In this document: positions 26,510 through 37,163 of the stretch, one piece after another
Layout: the number at the start of each line of letters is the position of its first letter
How positions within the stretch are numbered: position 1 is the stretch's first letter
Assembly: GCA_964597145.1 (NCBI GenBank)
Contig: CAZQWH010000002.1
Span: 113,232 to 177,231, forward strand
DNA from: an uncultured Candidatus Saccharibacteria bacterium
GTDB taxonomy: Bacteria > Patescibacteriota > CAZHWT01
DNA: 64,000 bases
Reading direction: 5' to 3'
Made by a program: the position numbers and the translations under genes
The notes under the pieces: model-generated
Databases searched by the model: none
The model's input: the letters and a program-made list of their open reading frames with translations, nothing else
Told to the model about the DNA's origin: nothing

Positions 26510-27199
26510 ATGGATTTATCTGAACTAGAAAAAATTATTGAAGTAACATTTGCCAACCAAGACATCCTCCGCACCGCCTTGGTGCACCGGTCATATTTAA
26601 ATGAAAACCCTCGATTCAATTTACCATCCAATGAGCGATTAGAGTTTCTGGGTGATGCCGTATTAGAATTAATTGTATCGGATCATCTCTACCGCACCTA
26701 CCCCGAATCTGCTGAAGGAGATTTAACCAATTTTCGCTCCAGCTTAGTCAATACCACTTCGTTAGCCGAAAGCTCTTTAAAGTTGGGAGTCGGCCAGTTT
26801 TTGTTCTTATCTAAAGGCGAAGAGGGGAGTGGTGGTCGCAAAAACCAGTATATTCTAGCCAACACATTCGAGGCCTTATTAGGAGCAATTTATCTCGACC
26901 AAGGGCTGGATGCCGCCTCAAAATTTGTCCATACTCATTTAATTATAAAGTTGTCCGAAATTATTGAGCAACAACTGTATAAAGACAGTAAAAGTTCATT
27001 GCAAGAACAGGCTCAAGAGGAAATCTCCGTCACCCCAACGTATCGAGTCTTATCCGAAACTGGCCCCGATCACAACAAGATGTTTACGGTTGGCGTGTAT
27101 GCTGGCCAGAAGCTGCTAGCAAAGGGTTCGGGCAAAAGTAAGCAGCAAGCCGAGCAGCAAGCCGCTTCTGCCGCGCTTGCAAACTGGGATAACTCGTGA
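26510..27199 (+). CDS. rnc: ribonuclease III
   Basis: RNase III signature ERLEFLGDAVLEL and a C-terminal dsRBD. Confidence 0.93.
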   Translation: MDLSELEKIIEVTFANQDILRTALVHRSYLNENPRFNLPSNERLEFLGDAVLELIVSDHLYRTYPESAEGDLTNFRSSLVNTTSLAESSLKLGVGQFLFLSKGEEGSGGRKNQYILANTFEALLGAIYLDQGLDAASKFVHTHLIIKLSEIIEQQLYKDSKSSLQEQAQEEISVTPTYRVLSETGPDHNKMFTVGVYAGQKLLAKGSGKSKQQAEQQAASAALANWDNS

Positions 27200-27255
27200 T
27201 ACAATTTGCCACTGATGTGCCACAGTTTTAAAGACAAGAAGGAATTATTTTATTT

Positions 27256-27645
27256 ATGACAAAGATTCGCTTAGCTCGCTTCGGCAGCCGACACCAACCT
27301 CACTACCGGATTGTAGTGGCAGATAGCCGCTCCCGTCGTGATGGTCGTTTTATTGAATCTCTGGGGTCATACAATCCCCAAGCTGGCACAGTACAGCTAA
27401 ATGCAGAACGAGCCAACTACTGGCTATCAGTTGGAGCCCAACCAACTAATACCACTATTTCGCTTTTGACCAAAGGTGGGGTAAAACACTCCTTTGAAGT
27501 GGCTAAAAAACCTTTCCGGAAGAAGGAAGATCCCGCAACTACCGAAGAAGCAATCACCGAAAACCCGGTTTCCGACGAAGCCGCCGCCGCTCAATCTGAA
27601 CAAGCTACCGATGCAGAACCAGCCGCCGAAGAAGCGACCAGTTAA
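27256..27645 (+). CDS. rpsP: 30S ribosomal protein S16 (with C-terminal acidic extension)
   Basis: [41 protein letters not shown]. Confidence 0.9.
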   Translation: MTKIRLARFGSRHQPHYRIVVADSRSRRDGRFIESLGSYNPQAGTVQLNAERANYWLSVGAQPTNTTISLLTKGGVKHSFEVAKKPFRKKEDPATTEEAITENPVSDEAAAAQSEQATDAEPAAEEATS

Positions 27646-27703
27646 GCACACCAATCCAAACCAAATTATCAGATGCGTTGGCATGCAGTAGAAACGAGTC
27701 CAC

Positions 27704-27973
27704 ATGCAAGAATTACTTACGTACATTGTTACCTCAATTGTTCATCACCCCGAAGCAGTCACCGTCTCTCAAGTAGAGAGCGAGGACGGGCAGCATGTAA
27801 CCCTGCGTCTATCAGTGCATGCCGATGATATGGGCTTAATTATTGGCAAAGAAGGTAACATTGCCCGATCTTTACGTAACATTGTCAAAGCCCAAGCCAT
27901 GAAGCACAACCAGAAAGTGTATATTGACATCTTAGAATCAACTGCCGCCGAAGCCACGAGTACGGGGCAATAA
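27704..27973 (+). CDS. KH-domain RNA-binding protein (YlqC/UPF0109 family)
   Basis: GLIIGKEGNIARSLRNI KH GXXG loop. Conserved position after rpsP. Confidence 0.8.
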   Translation: MQELLTYIVTSIVHHPEAVTVSQVESEDGQHVTLRLSVHADDMGLIIGKEGNIARSLRNIVKAQAMKHNQKVYIDILESTAAEATSTGQ

Positions 27974-28019
27974 GTAAGTTCAAAAAACTAATCCAACCCA
28001 CTCCACAGCCATGCATTTT

Positions 28020-28054
28020 AAAATCCCAGCCGCTTAAGCTGGGATTTTCTTTTA
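28020..28054. terminator. bidirectional rho-independent terminator between the KH gene (+) and pilO (-)
   Basis: AAAATCCCAGC-CGCTTAA-GCTGGGATTTT flanked by A/T runs on both sides. Confidence 0.6.
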
Positions 28055-28083
28055 CAGTAACACGTCTTTTAGGCGCAATTTTT

Positions 28084-28803
28084 TTAGAAGGGGCTAGTCT
28101 TACCTACAATGCTACTAACATCGGTTGGAGCGTAATCAACTTCCTCGAAGGATTTCAAGTAATCCACAACCGACGTTTCGGCAGAACCAAGCTCTTGGAA
28201 TGGAGCTTCCAGTGCAAGCGTTGCAGGATGAGGGATGTACGGTGAGCGAATATCAAAGCTAGCCGTCGCCGGAGTGTCGCCCTCGCCTTTAGTAATGTGT
28301 AACGTTTCTAGAGCCAATACCCGCGATACCATTTCGGAACGGGTAATAAACATAGCAATCTGCTCATAACTGCCTTCCATTGATACAGTAGCGGTGATAC
28401 TACCCAAACCTTCGACTTTGGCCGCCGCATCGGATGGCTGAACAGCCGAAACTGCACCATTGGCATACGTAATACCTTTAACTCCAACCCCAGCTACGCG
28501 CGCAACCTGCTCAATCGTACCCAACAATCCAGCTGGATCCATAGTTGCCGGGATGGCCGGCAGAACCGTCTGTTCTAGCAAGGCTTTATTCTCGGTCACA
28601 TCAAACTTCTCTAAAGCATCGGCTTTAACCTTGAGCGCGTCACGTCGATCAGATTCAACCGCGGCCTTATCCCAATTAGTTGTAATATCGTTAAACCAGG
28701 GCATAATTGCCAAAGGCACAGCTGCAACTACGACCACAGCCGCTATAATTGGAAGGGCATACGTTTTAAGACTATCCATGTTCATTGATGAAGAAGTTTC
28801 CAT
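28084..28803 (-). CDS. pilO: type IV pilus assembly protein PilO-like
   Basis: Single N-terminal TM then periplasmic-type domain. Position after pilM-pilN. Confidence 0.6.
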   Translation of the reverse strand: METSSSMNMDSLKTYALPIIAAVVVVAAVPLAIMPWFNDITTNWDKAAVESDRRDALKVKADALEKFDVTENKALLEQTVLPAIPATMDPAGLLGTIEQVARVAGVGVKGITYANGAVSAVQPSDAAAKVEGLGSITATVSMEGSYEQIAMFITRSEMVSRVLALETLHITKGEGDTPATASFDIRSPYIPHPATLALEAPFQELGSAETSVVDYLKSFEEVDYAPTDVSSIVGKTSPF

Positions 28804-29405
28804 TACTCGGCAGCTCCAGACGTCTGCGCATGATGCAGCAGACTGGGATTAATGTTAAAGGTAAGCCCAAATTCGACCTCACCTGTTTGATCGTTGCGAG
28901 AAATAGTAGTGAGCATTGGGTTGCGGAAGTTAGTCCCAACCTCAGAGCCAGCTCGAGCTCCCGACATGGTCAGCTTGGCATAGAAGCCAGCTAGATCGGC
29001 ATACGAAGCGACGCTACCGGACAAGGTAACTTTAAGATCACTTGCAATCAACATATCAGATAAACCAAGCGACTCTGGCAAAGTCTGATTAAACGCTGCA
29101 AGGAAGGTGGTAAAATGGTTTTGTTGGTCAAAAAAAGCATCCAACCCATGGATTCGCTTAATCAGGCTTTGTTGAATCCCTTCTTCGTTTTTCTTGGTTT
29201 GAATACGTTCGGTTTGCGTCTGAATATCTGCCGCGATTGCGTTAAGTTGCTGGTCTAATACCAGCTTAGTGGCAAATAACCCAACCACCACTACAATGGC
29301 AACCACCAGCACAATAGCACTAACTTGGTTAACCATCTTACGTTGGCGATTTTGCTGGGTATTTTCTTCGCTTTGTTGCGGCAGGAGGTTAATATTGTCA
29401 GCCAT
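28803..29405 (-). CDS. pilN: type IV pilus assembly protein PilN
   Basis: N-terminal INLLP motif, single TM, coiled coil. Confidence 0.75.
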   Translation of the reverse strand: MADNINLLPQQSEENTQQNRQRKMVNQVSAIVLVVAIVVVVGLFATKLVLDQQLNAIAADIQTQTERIQTKKNEEGIQQSLIKRIHGLDAFFDQQNHFTTFLAAFNQTLPESLGLSDMLIASDLKVTLSGSVASYADLAGFYAKLTMSGARAGSEVGTNFRNPMLTTISRNDQTGEVEFGLTFNINPSLLHHAQTSGAAE

Positions 29406-29481
29406 GGGCAGTTAAATTAGTTAAGATTATTGTAGTGGTACGCTTGGCTGATTGTCAATACCTGGAATCGACGAGCACCAA

Positions 29482-30519
29482 TTAGGAGACCATCTTCATG
29501 GCCAGGCCAACCGCAACCGCATAGCTGGTTTCGTCTTCTTGGACTTGCTGTTGCAGATGTGCCGGCACTTCAACATTTTGCCAGGCTGAGCCAATTTGAA
29601 CTTCTAGTCCGATTGTCGTGGCCAGATATACTACCATGCCAGGCAAATTAGCGGTTCCACCAACTAATACTACACGCTTAACCGGATCCATGGAATGCCG
29701 GGTTTGATAAAAGAGGATAGCCCGTTCGATCTCTGAAGTTATAATATCAAATACCGGCTTAATTGCCTGCATAATTTTCCCCTCGAGCTGATCTTCTACT
29801 AAGCCATAATTTTTTTTGTATTCTTCGGCTTGGCCCATTTCAAAACCTAAATCTTGGGCAATAGCCCGGGCTAAGGCCACGCCACCAGTGGCAATTGAAC
29901 GGGTAAAGCTAATAACACCATGGGAAATAATAGAGAGATCGGTGGTGCTCGCCCCAATTGAAATGAGTAACGTTGTTGGCCCTGGATCGCGACCATCAAC
30001 CAAACAGCGCTTCACGGCAATAGTTTCGGTCTCAAACGCAATTGGCGTTAGTTTAGCCTCTTTGAGTACCCCCATATACCGATCAATCAAGGTAATCGGA
30101 GCCGCAACCAGGAATACGCTCATTCTTTTATTTTGGTCTTTGGCGTCGGGCCGGGTTAAAACCTGCCACGACAGCTTGACGTCTTTTAAAGGGAGGGGAA
30201 TGTACTGCTCCGCTTCCCACTGGATAGCATTCGCCAACTCTTTGTCATTCATAGCTGGCACTTCAATAACTCGAGTAAAGATTGCCGATTCGGCAAAAGC
30301 AGTAGCTACATTAGGCGTAGTAATCTTGGCATCTTTAATCAGATTTTTAATCGCAGCCGCCAAAGCTCCTTGGTCAAGTGGCGCATCGGAGGATAGGGCA
30401 TTGGCAGGGGTATTGGCTTTACCAAAAGCCTGAAGAATAAATCGCTTATTCTCCTGCTTTAACTGCACTACTTTAATGCTATGTGTCCCAATATCTAATC
30501 CAAAAAAGTCTGAAGCCAT
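29482..30519 (-). CDS. pilM: type IV pilus assembly protein PilM (actin-like ATPase fold)
   Basis: FGLDIGTHSIKVVQL N-terminus and FtsA/actin-like fold motifs. Confidence 0.85.
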   Translation of the reverse strand: MASDFFGLDIGTHSIKVVQLKQENKRFILQAFGKANTPANALSSDAPLDQGALAAAIKNLIKDAKITTPNVATAFAESAIFTRVIEVPAMNDKELANAIQWEAEQYIPLPLKDVKLSWQVLTRPDAKDQNKRMSVFLVAAPITLIDRYMGVLKEAKLTPIAFETETIAVKRCLVDGRDPGPTTLLISIGASTTDLSIISHGVISFTRSIATGGVALARAIAQDLGFEMGQAEEYKKNYGLVEDQLEGKIMQAIKPVFDIITSEIERAILFYQTRHSMDPVKRVVLVGGTANLPGMVVYLATTIGLEVQIGSAWQNVEVPAHLQQQVQEDETSYAVAVGLAMKMVS

Positions 30520-30658
30520 AGGCAGATACCTGAATACATCAGGCGTACTTGTACCTCTACTATACAGACCAGGCTAATTTAATGTCAATCTGGCTATGAG
30601 CCATATCATAGCTAGATTTCATTTTGATTTAGGCTAACAACCAAGCTATAATGCCATC

Positions 30659-31396
30659 ATGCCCGCTGCCAAAAAGCCCACTGCCCATCGAACAAAAAAG
30701 AGTAGTCCAACTCGGTCCCACCAACCAACTACAAAATCAACCCATAAAGCCAGTCGGCGATTGACCAAAGCCAAACCACCAACGCCAGTTTTTTCGCCTA
30801 ACTCTACTACAGCCAATCAATCACTGCCTATGCCCGTCGCACCCGAGCGAGTACCTAACCGAGTATATGCACCATTAATTCGCACAACCTACAACTCGAC
30901 ATGGTTGCGACGCCTAGGTATAGCTGCAGGCGTCTTAGCTGTGGGAGGTATAGCTTATATTGGTTGGACATTCCGTCAATATATACCAGGCTTTACCTCC
31001 CCATCATCCAAGACCAAGGTGGCACCGGTTACCCATCTATCTATTTCACCAACCCCGACACCAGACCTATCTAAGTTAGATCAATTACCTTCTCAGTTAT
31101 TCACCGAAGCTAGTGCTTCAGCCCAAAGCACAACACCACTCGGCCAGGCCAGTACTTCGGCTCAGTTAGCTAGCCAGTTGCAGGGCCAGACCTCGGCCGA
31201 GCTTAAACAAAAGTTAAACCAATATATTACCAATCTTGACACGTTAAAGGTTGATACCAAAAACCTACGGGCCTATCGCGATGAAGTCAGCACACTTGAG
31301 AGTCAGGGGCAAACCGAAACCGTTCACCGCTTACTCGTTGAAGCGGTAGTACACGCCTACGAATTAACTGCCCTTCATCAATATTACAGCCGCTAA
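30659..31396 (+). CDS. hypothetical membrane-anchored protein with basic Lys/Arg/Thr/Pro-rich N-terminal tail and Ser/Thr/Gln-rich low-complexity region
   Basis: TATAAT 12 nt before the ATG (near-leaderless). Single TM (LGIAAGVLAVGGIAYIGW). Ends 1 nt before the convergent stop of 31398..33338. Confidence 0.5.
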   Translation: MPAAKKPTAHRTKKSSPTRSHQPTTKSTHKASRRLTKAKPPTPVFSPNSTTANQSLPMPVAPERVPNRVYAPLIRTTYNSTWLRRLGIAAGVLAVGGIAYIGWTFRQYIPGFTSPSSKTKVAPVTHLSISPTPTPDLSKLDQLPSQLFTEASASAQSTTPLGQASTSAQLASQLQGQTSAELKQKLNQYITNLDTLKVDTKNLRAYRDEVSTLESQGQTETVHRLLVEAVVHAYELTALHQYYSR

Positions 31397-31397
31397 A

Positions 31398-33338
31398 TTA
31401 CTCTATTTCTTGCCATTTAAACCGAGCATCTTGCTGTCCAAACAAACCAGCAAAAACAGGGTTGGTTAAATACTTGACGGGATAATCAATAATTTCGGCT
31501 GGATTATCGTTTTTATTTTTACCTAAATCTCGACCAAAAATCAGGTTTTGACCAGCGATAAGCCCGCCTTGGTGGGTTAAACTGGCGGTTTTTTTACTAT
31601 CTTCGGAGGAGCCGTTAGTGTTAATATCCCCGGCTGCAATAAGAAATCCTTGGCTCTGGCTCGTATTTTCTGAAAAAATGATATTACCTGTTACCAAAAA
31701 GGCAACGGCACTGCCATCGTTAAGACTGTAATCGCGATTAATACTTAAGTTGCCTTCGATAATAATAATGGCGCTAAACTCCGAACTGGTAAATCCAGAC
31801 GATAAAGAATTTTGGTCAAGGGTGTAATTACCGGTGTAATAGTAAACACCGCTAGTCGAGGGTAGTTTATTACCCGGCAAAGCCACCGCCCGCGATCTAA
31901 TTTGATTGTAATGTGGCAAAAAATCACTCAAGGTTGGTCCAGTTGGTAGGGCATGGGTATACGGGGCTACCAGCCAGGAATAGTAGGAGGCAACATTATA
32001 GAGAGAATCGCCGCCGATTATTACCCCGTGGGTAGTGTATTCGCCATCTGGCAACGGGCCCAGGCTATCAATACCTCCGTTAGCAAATATATCGCCGCCA
32101 TTAACTACTTTAAGCCATGGCCCAAAGAGGGAGTAGGCCGGGCTTGTAGCCAAACTACTCGCTACGTCATACAGCCGAAATTGGACTTTAGGCTTGGTGT
32201 TAATAGCACTATTACCCATATCGGTTGGTGGAGTTTGAAGCTTAACGTAACCGGTATAACCACTAGCCGCCGAAGCACCAGTATCGATCCGAGTAACTGA
32301 ATCCATAGGCAACCACCCACTCCAACAGTTGCAACCGCCGCTATCATACCAACGATACTGGGCCGAGGATACTTGAACCCCCGATGAAACATCGCGAACA
32401 CTCACCCAGCTGGCATATGTGTGGTTATTGCCTTGTTGTTGCCAGCCGAAATCGGACCAGTCTTGAGGTTGCACCGTATCAATCTTAATTGGAAACTCAA
32501 TATTGGTTGGCTCACTATTACCTTGATTATCTGTAGAGTAGTAGCGAAGCGTATTTTGGCCATTCTGCAGCATCGTAAATTGGGTTAAGGCGTCGGCGCC
32601 GGTATACATGCTCACGCCATCATACCAAGTGAGACCAGCCGCAGACTGCGAGCCGAGTTTAACATAAACTCCATCATAACCAGCTGGAATCGTAAATTCG
32701 ACGGCTTTAAGCGTCCAGTCCAGCTCGTAGGCCACTTTATCGCTTTCGGCACGCTTGCTGTCGCTTTTGGCTCCAGTACTATCTAGGGCCCAAACTTCGA
32801 ACCAGGCACCTGGGGCAGTGGTAATATTAAAAGTTTTAATCCAAGTTGAAACACTGTAAGTTTTTCCAGCAACCACCGGGATGTAGTTATCGTGGTTGGT
32901 CCAATATTGATACTCGCCGCTAAACGATGCAATAGCAGCCGAACGATAGCCAAGCCGGGCAGTTGAAGATTGATAGAGTAGTGACCAGCCACCAGGAGCA
33001 ACCGGTTGCCAGTTATTAATTCCAATCAACCACCCACTTTCAAAGGATGGGTTAATGATTGCATTATCTAAAGACTCAAAATTTTTCGTTATTGGGCTAT
33101 CGCTGTTAATTTGGTACGTTGTTGAAGCTGGGCTACTTTCTAAATCAAAAGCCCGTAGATTAACGTCAACACTGGTAACATACCAATCTTGATTACCTTC
33201 TACTCCAGACAGAATTAAGTCTGTTGCAGGCGGAGTTGAATCTGCAGCCAGGACTGGGGTGGTGCCAGTCGCAACAACCAATAGAGCAATACCACTATAT
33301 ATCAAGCTAATCCGGAATAATCGTGCTGAATGCAACAT
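31398..33338 (-). CDS. large secreted protein with CBM-like beta-sandwich segment, putative pilus-associated adhesin
   Basis: Signal peptide (LIYSGIALLVVATGTTPVLAADS). The NPSFESGW...W segment resembles a carbohydrate-binding module. Sits directly downstream of the minor-pilin genes, a PilY1-like position. Confidence 0.55.
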   Translation of the reverse strand: MLHSARLFRISLIYSGIALLVVATGTTPVLAADSTPPATDLILSGVEGNQDWYVTSVDVNLRAFDLESSPASTTYQINSDSPITKNFESLDNAIINPSFESGWLIGINNWQPVAPGGWSLLYQSSTARLGYRSAAIASFSGEYQYWTNHDNYIPVVAGKTYSVSTWIKTFNITTAPGAWFEVWALDSTGAKSDSKRAESDKVAYELDWTLKAVEFTIPAGYDGVYVKLGSQSAAGLTWYDGVSMYTGADALTQFTMLQNGQNTLRYYSTDNQGNSEPTNIEFPIKIDTVQPQDWSDFGWQQQGNNHTYASWVSVRDVSSGVQVSSAQYRWYDSGGCNCWSGWLPMDSVTRIDTGASAASGYTGYVKLQTPPTDMGNSAINTKPKVQFRLYDVASSLATSPAYSLFGPWLKVVNGGDIFANGGIDSLGPLPDGEYTTHGVIIGGDSLYNVASYYSWLVAPYTHALPTGPTLSDFLPHYNQIRSRAVALPGNKLPSTSGVYYYTGNYTLDQNSLSSGFTSSEFSAIIIIEGNLSINRDYSLNDGSAVAFLVTGNIIFSENTSQSQGFLIAAGDINTNGSSEDSKKTASLTHQGGLIAGQNLIFGRDLGKNKNDNPAEIIDYPVKYLTNPVFAGLFGQQDARFKWQEIE

Positions 33339-33384
33339 AAAACTGGGAACCCAACTGCTTCTTATACTCTAACTAGCGAGCACC

Positions 33385-34266
33385 TTATTTAGAGAGTGGG
33401 CTGGTTGAACCATTAAACAGGGCGTAGTCAAAAATTGCCGGCAAGGAAGAAGTTGTTTTAAGCACTTTAACCGTGCGCTGCTTTCCACCCACCACAGCGG
33501 TTGAGATAATTTGTTGGCCTTGGAAAGGCAGTACATTGGCACCTGGGTCAAAAGCGATGGGCTTATCCCCAACATACATAAGTCGAACCCGTACCATAAC
33601 CGGTAGGCTGCCCGAGGCAACATAGGAGCCGCCTGGGGTTAAGTCTAAGCTAACTTTATAGCCATAACTACCATGGGTCTCACCATCTTGAAGATCCAAC
33701 ACAGTGGTGGGGTTAACCGTAATAGAGCTGGAGGAGTGGTCAAAGTTATTAGCTAATCGTCCTGAATCAAGACAACCATCATACGCCCCCTTATGCAGGC
33801 CGTATGACCCAGATGAATCTTTATACACCACCGAGACAACGACTGCCGAAGCATTCGGGCAAGTAGCTCCAACATTGTCTCCATTATTACCCCAGTATAA
33901 ATCGAGTGATGTACCCTCGTAAGAGTCAAGATTCACTTGAATAACTTCGTCTTTGTCTAAGGTCGATACACCAAAGGCATCGGTAGTTCCGCCAGCATCG
34001 GTAACACTAACTTTGGCATCTACTCCAGAAATACTAGCGGAGCAATCAGTTTCATTACAGGCATTAGGGTTGGTCTTAAGTTGAACAAGCGCCCGCTCAA
34101 TACCAGCTTCGGCCGCACTAAAAGCCCGATTAGATTGATCGAGTTCGGCAGAATTACGGAGCGTGCTCAAGGTGCGCGAGGCAATAGACAGGCCAATAGT
34201 TAGGGCAACTAGCACCACCAATAAAACCAAGACCAAGATTTGTCCAGAAGCAGAACGATGATTCAT
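33385..34266 (-). CDS. PilX-like minor pilin/pseudopilin
   Basis: N-terminus MNHRSASGQILVLVLLVVLVALTIGLSIASRT has PilX_N-like architecture. Confidence 0.6.
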   Translation of the reverse strand: MNHRSASGQILVLVLLVVLVALTIGLSIASRTLSTLRNSAELDQSNRAFSAAEAGIERALVQLKTNPNACNETDCSASISGVDAKVSVTDAGGTTDAFGVSTLDKDEVIQVNLDSYEGTSLDLYWGNNGDNVGATCPNASAVVVSVVYKDSSGSYGLHKGAYDGCLDSGRLANNFDHSSSSITVNPTTVLDLQDGETHGSYGYKVSLDLTPGGSYVASGSLPVMVRVRLMYVGDKPIAFDPGANVLPFQGQQIISTAVVGGKQRTVKVLKTTSSLPAIFDYALFNGSTSPLSK

Positions 34267-34342
34267 TGACTTATATTATGTATGGCTGATTATATGATGT
34301 CAACCAAACTAAATTCTTCTAATTGCCCTCAAGGATAATAAA

Positions 34343-34999
34343 TTAGTAGTCACGCAAGCTAACCGTAGTACGCAAGGGGATAGTGGTCGCGGTAGAGCCA
34401 ACTGTCACTCCCTCGGCTAGCACCATATCTATAGTAACCGAACTAATCCCTTCATCTCCAGTATTAACCGTAAAAATAGCTGCCGAGTCACTTTTACGAA
34501 CGCTCACTCCAGATCTTTCGTCCGTATCAAAAAGCTGAATTGCCGTTGAATCATTACATTGGTCACCAGTGTCGGTTAGGTAATACCGAGTCAAGGTGCC
34601 ATTATCTTCGCTCGTCGGAGCCGTCCAATCATAGACTGTCTGGGCGCAGCCGCCATTAATTGAATATTCAAGCGAGTTTGGCGGAATAGTAATGATAACT
34701 TGGCAATTATCTGTATCGGTGCAATCTCCGTCATGGCTTCGAACTTCTACATCAGAGGCACCCCGAATGCTACGCTCTAAGACTTCCAAAACTTGTGCAC
34801 CCTGTGTTTGCATGCGGCTAAGCGCATTGGCGGTATCATACGAATTATTAATCACAGCAAAGATTGAAACTCCAATTCCACCCAAGATACCTAGCAAAGC
34901 AATACTCACCAAAAGCTCGACCAGGGTGAATCCAGCCCCGGACTGGGGTAATCTAGCTGCTGTAAAGGAGGGTTGAGATTGTGAGAGTTTATTAACCAT
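34343..34999 (-). CDS. prepilin-type N-terminal cleavage/methylation domain protein (minor pilin)
   Basis: GFTLVELLVSIALLGILGGI class III signal peptide. Confidence 0.75.
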   Translation of the reverse strand: MVNKLSQSQPSFTAARLPQSGAGFTLVELLVSIALLGILGGIGVSIFAVINNSYDTANALSRMQTQGAQVLEVLERSIRGASDVEVRSHDGDCTDTDNCQVIITIPPNSLEYSINGGCAQTVYDWTAPTSEDNGTLTRYYLTDTGDQCNDSTAIQLFDTDERSGVSVRKSDSAAIFTVNTGDEGISSVTIDMVLAEGVTVGSTATTIPLRTTVSLRDY

Positions 35000-35009
35000 A
35001 ATTAGTTCC

Positions 35010-35540
35010 TTATCTCCAGTTAGTCAGAATGGTGGTGGCTGCACTATTGCCATGGAACGATGTCCCGCGATAACCATAACAGACCGTTACCGTAATAGTT
35101 GCCTCGCTTCCGGCATCATTTAACGACATTTTCACCACCCGATAATAGCCATTATCATCGATCTGATAAGCAGACGACTTAGCCGCCGCATCAGAGCATA
35201 CAGCAGCCGCCATAGTGCTGGATTGATACGCCAACACCCCATTAGTGGTGAAAGAGTAATATTGGGTTGCGTCTGGGTCTAGATCATTCGATTCACCCAC
35301 ACCCAATAACGTATCCCAACCATCATTATCTCTAATATGGCGCAGGCCCTCGATTCCCGATCGTACATACTGGTCAGCAATGGTGTGATTGCGGGATTCG
35401 GCTACATTGCGACTGGCAGTATTGGCCAACACTACTAGCGCCGACAAACTAATCATCACAATCGAAACAGCCAAGATTATTTCTAGTAAGGATATACCTT
35501 GGCTATTAGCTAGCTGGCGGACATGCAGACGTCTGAGCAT
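35010..35540 (-). CDS. prepilin-type minor pilin (PilV-like)
   Basis: GISLLEIILAVSIVMISL prepilin motif. Start moved to the ATG at 35538-35540, which has a GGGAGAG RBS. Confidence 0.65.
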   Translation of the reverse strand: MLRRLHVRQLANSQGISLLEIILAVSIVMISLSALVVLANTASRNVAESRNHTIADQYVRSGIEGLRHIRDNDGWDTLLGVGESNDLDPDATQYYSFTTNGVLAYQSSTMAAAVCSDAAAKSSAYQIDDNGYYRVVKMSLNDAGSEATITVTVCYGYRGTSFHGNSAATTILTNWR

Positions 35541-36171
35541 AGACTCTCCCTTGGTTAATACATATATGATAGGTGTGGGCAGTTGCAGGCAGCCGCTGAT
35601 TAGATAGAGTGAGCTCTTCCGCAGACTTGGTCGTATCGTCACAATCACCACCATCAAACACAACCCTGCCGGTTACCACACAATACAGGATGCTCTTATT
35701 GCCCTCACCGCCACCAAACTGAACACCACCTGGCAATGAGACACTAGAAATTTTATTACTTACCGCTGGTGCCGTAGGGCAACTTTCGCCCGCTTTATTA
35801 TGTGAGCGGAGCATAAAACTGGTTACATATTTTTCACCGCCAGCATCAACAGTCAACTTATATCCATCAACGTACGGCTGGTTATTTTCAGAGACAGGTG
35901 AGCAATCAGTTATGGGGCCATTGGGTTCAGGAATCGTAAACCGGTCTTGGTTGTTGGCTAGCGCTTGGTTTTGCAAAGACTTAATAGTGGTCACCAGCTC
36001 ATTGGCGGCATTGGTTAATTTTTGGTTCTCATAAATGCCATTGAGCTGAGGCAGTCCCACCGCGGCTAAAATACTCAAGACGGCAATAGCAACCAATAAT
36101 TCAATCAAAGTAAACCCGGTGCTAGATTGGGATGCGGAATCTAAATGTAATCGTGCAAATCGATGTATCAT
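35506..36171 (-). CDS. prepilin-type pilin-like protein with C-terminal Cys pairs
   Basis: GFTLIELLVAIAVLSILAA class III signal. Start ambiguous among 36171, 36198 and 36243. Confidence 0.65.
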   Translation of the reverse strand: MIHRFARLHLDSASQSSTGFTLIELLVAIAVLSILAAVGLPQLNGIYENQKLTNAANELVTTIKSLQNQALANNQDRFTIPEPNGPITDCSPVSENNQPYVDGYKLTVDAGGEKYVTSFMLRSHNKAGESCPTAPAVSNKISSVSLPGGVQFGGGEGNKSILYCVVTGRVVFDGGDCDDTTKSAEELTLSNQRLPATAHTYHICINQGRVYAQTSACPPAS

Positions 36172-36194
36172 CGAAGCGTGGGCAGATATATTCA

Positions 36195-37076
36195 TCATAG
36201 CCAGAGTCGGTTGTACCAGTTGACGACGGTTGGCGTTAGCCAAAGTGCAACGATTGCCCCCACAACCAGAAATGGCCCAAAGGGGATGGCGTTGCCAAAT
36301 TTGGTACGCTTGCCCGCTATCAGAAGCAATGATATCACGCTGCCCAAAATAAAGGCAAGGTAGAGGCCAACCACAATACCAGGGAAACCCAAGAGCAGCC
36401 CCAAGAATAACGCTAACTTAACATCACCCATGCCCATACCCGGCTTGTGTAAGATTTTTTGTGAACCAACCACGATTACTAAAAAGAACAGACCAGCAAT
36501 CAAGCCACTAGCTATAGTTTGCCACAATACACTAAGTGCTGGAGCCGGATTAGTTGGTTGCCATAGCAATGGTTGGTTTACCGTCACGGCAAGTATTGCC
36601 GCTACAACAAATACCAGACTGCCGCCAATTGTCCAAGGATTGGGCAACTCGCCCCAGCGCAGGTCATACATAAACAATGCCACCAAAAGCACCATACCAG
36701 CCCATGCCACTGCGAGGCTTAGCCCAATCCACAACCAGTTGCTACCCAACCCAAAAAGCAATTGATGCTCTAGAGCATGGCTTAGGGTGAGCCAGGTGCA
36801 AAAACTAAATAAAACTGCAGTTGCTACCTCGGTGGCCACATAATGCCAACCAATTGCCTCCTTACAGTAACGACAACGACCACGCAGGGCAATAAAAGAC
36901 AAAATAGGGAAGAGGTCCAGCCAACTCAGCGGATGTTGACAACCAGGGCACACCGAATGCTTTTCGCTCATTGAGCGTTGATGGCGAGTACGATAGACCA
37001 AGGCCGTAATAAAACTGCCAAAAATTGCACCAACCATAAATGAAAAAGCAACAATCAACCAAACTATATTAAGCAT
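36195..37076 (-). CDS. pilD: prepilin peptidase / N-methyltransferase PilD (A24 family)
   Basis: CPGCQHP...RGRCRYC zinc-binding tetracysteine, polytopic membrane domain, GMGDVKL. Confidence 0.9.
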   Translation of the reverse strand: MLNIVWLIVAFSFMVGAIFGSFITALVYRTRHQRSMSEKHSVCPGCQHPLSWLDLFPILSFIALRGRCRYCKEAIGWHYVATEVATAVLFSFCTWLTLSHALEHQLLFGLGSNWLWIGLSLAVAWAGMVLLVALFMYDLRWGELPNPWTIGGSLVFVVAAILAVTVNQPLLWQPTNPAPALSVLWQTIASGLIAGLFFLVIVVGSQKILHKPGMGMGDVKLALFLGLLLGFPGIVVGLYLAFILGSVISLLLIAGKRTKFGNAIPFGPFLVVGAIVALWLTPTVVNWYNRLWL

Positions 37077-37098
37077 GCATACAGCCTACCATGGATAA

Positions 37099-37136
37099 AT
37101 CCTAAAAAGATAGCGCCCGATTGGGCGCTATCTTTT
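37099..37136 (-). terminator. rho-independent terminator after pilA (perfect palindrome, works on both strands)
   Basis: AAAAGATAGCGCCC-GATT-GGGCGCTATCTTTT followed by a T-run on the minus strand. Confidence 0.7.
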
Positions 37137-37163
37137 GAAATACCTTTGAAATAAACCAAGGGC

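Noticed and set aside
29816-30433. 205-aa plus-strand ORF antisense to pilM
   Set aside because: It is entirely antisense within pilM, Ala/Ser-rich as expected from the complement of a real gene, and has no RBS.
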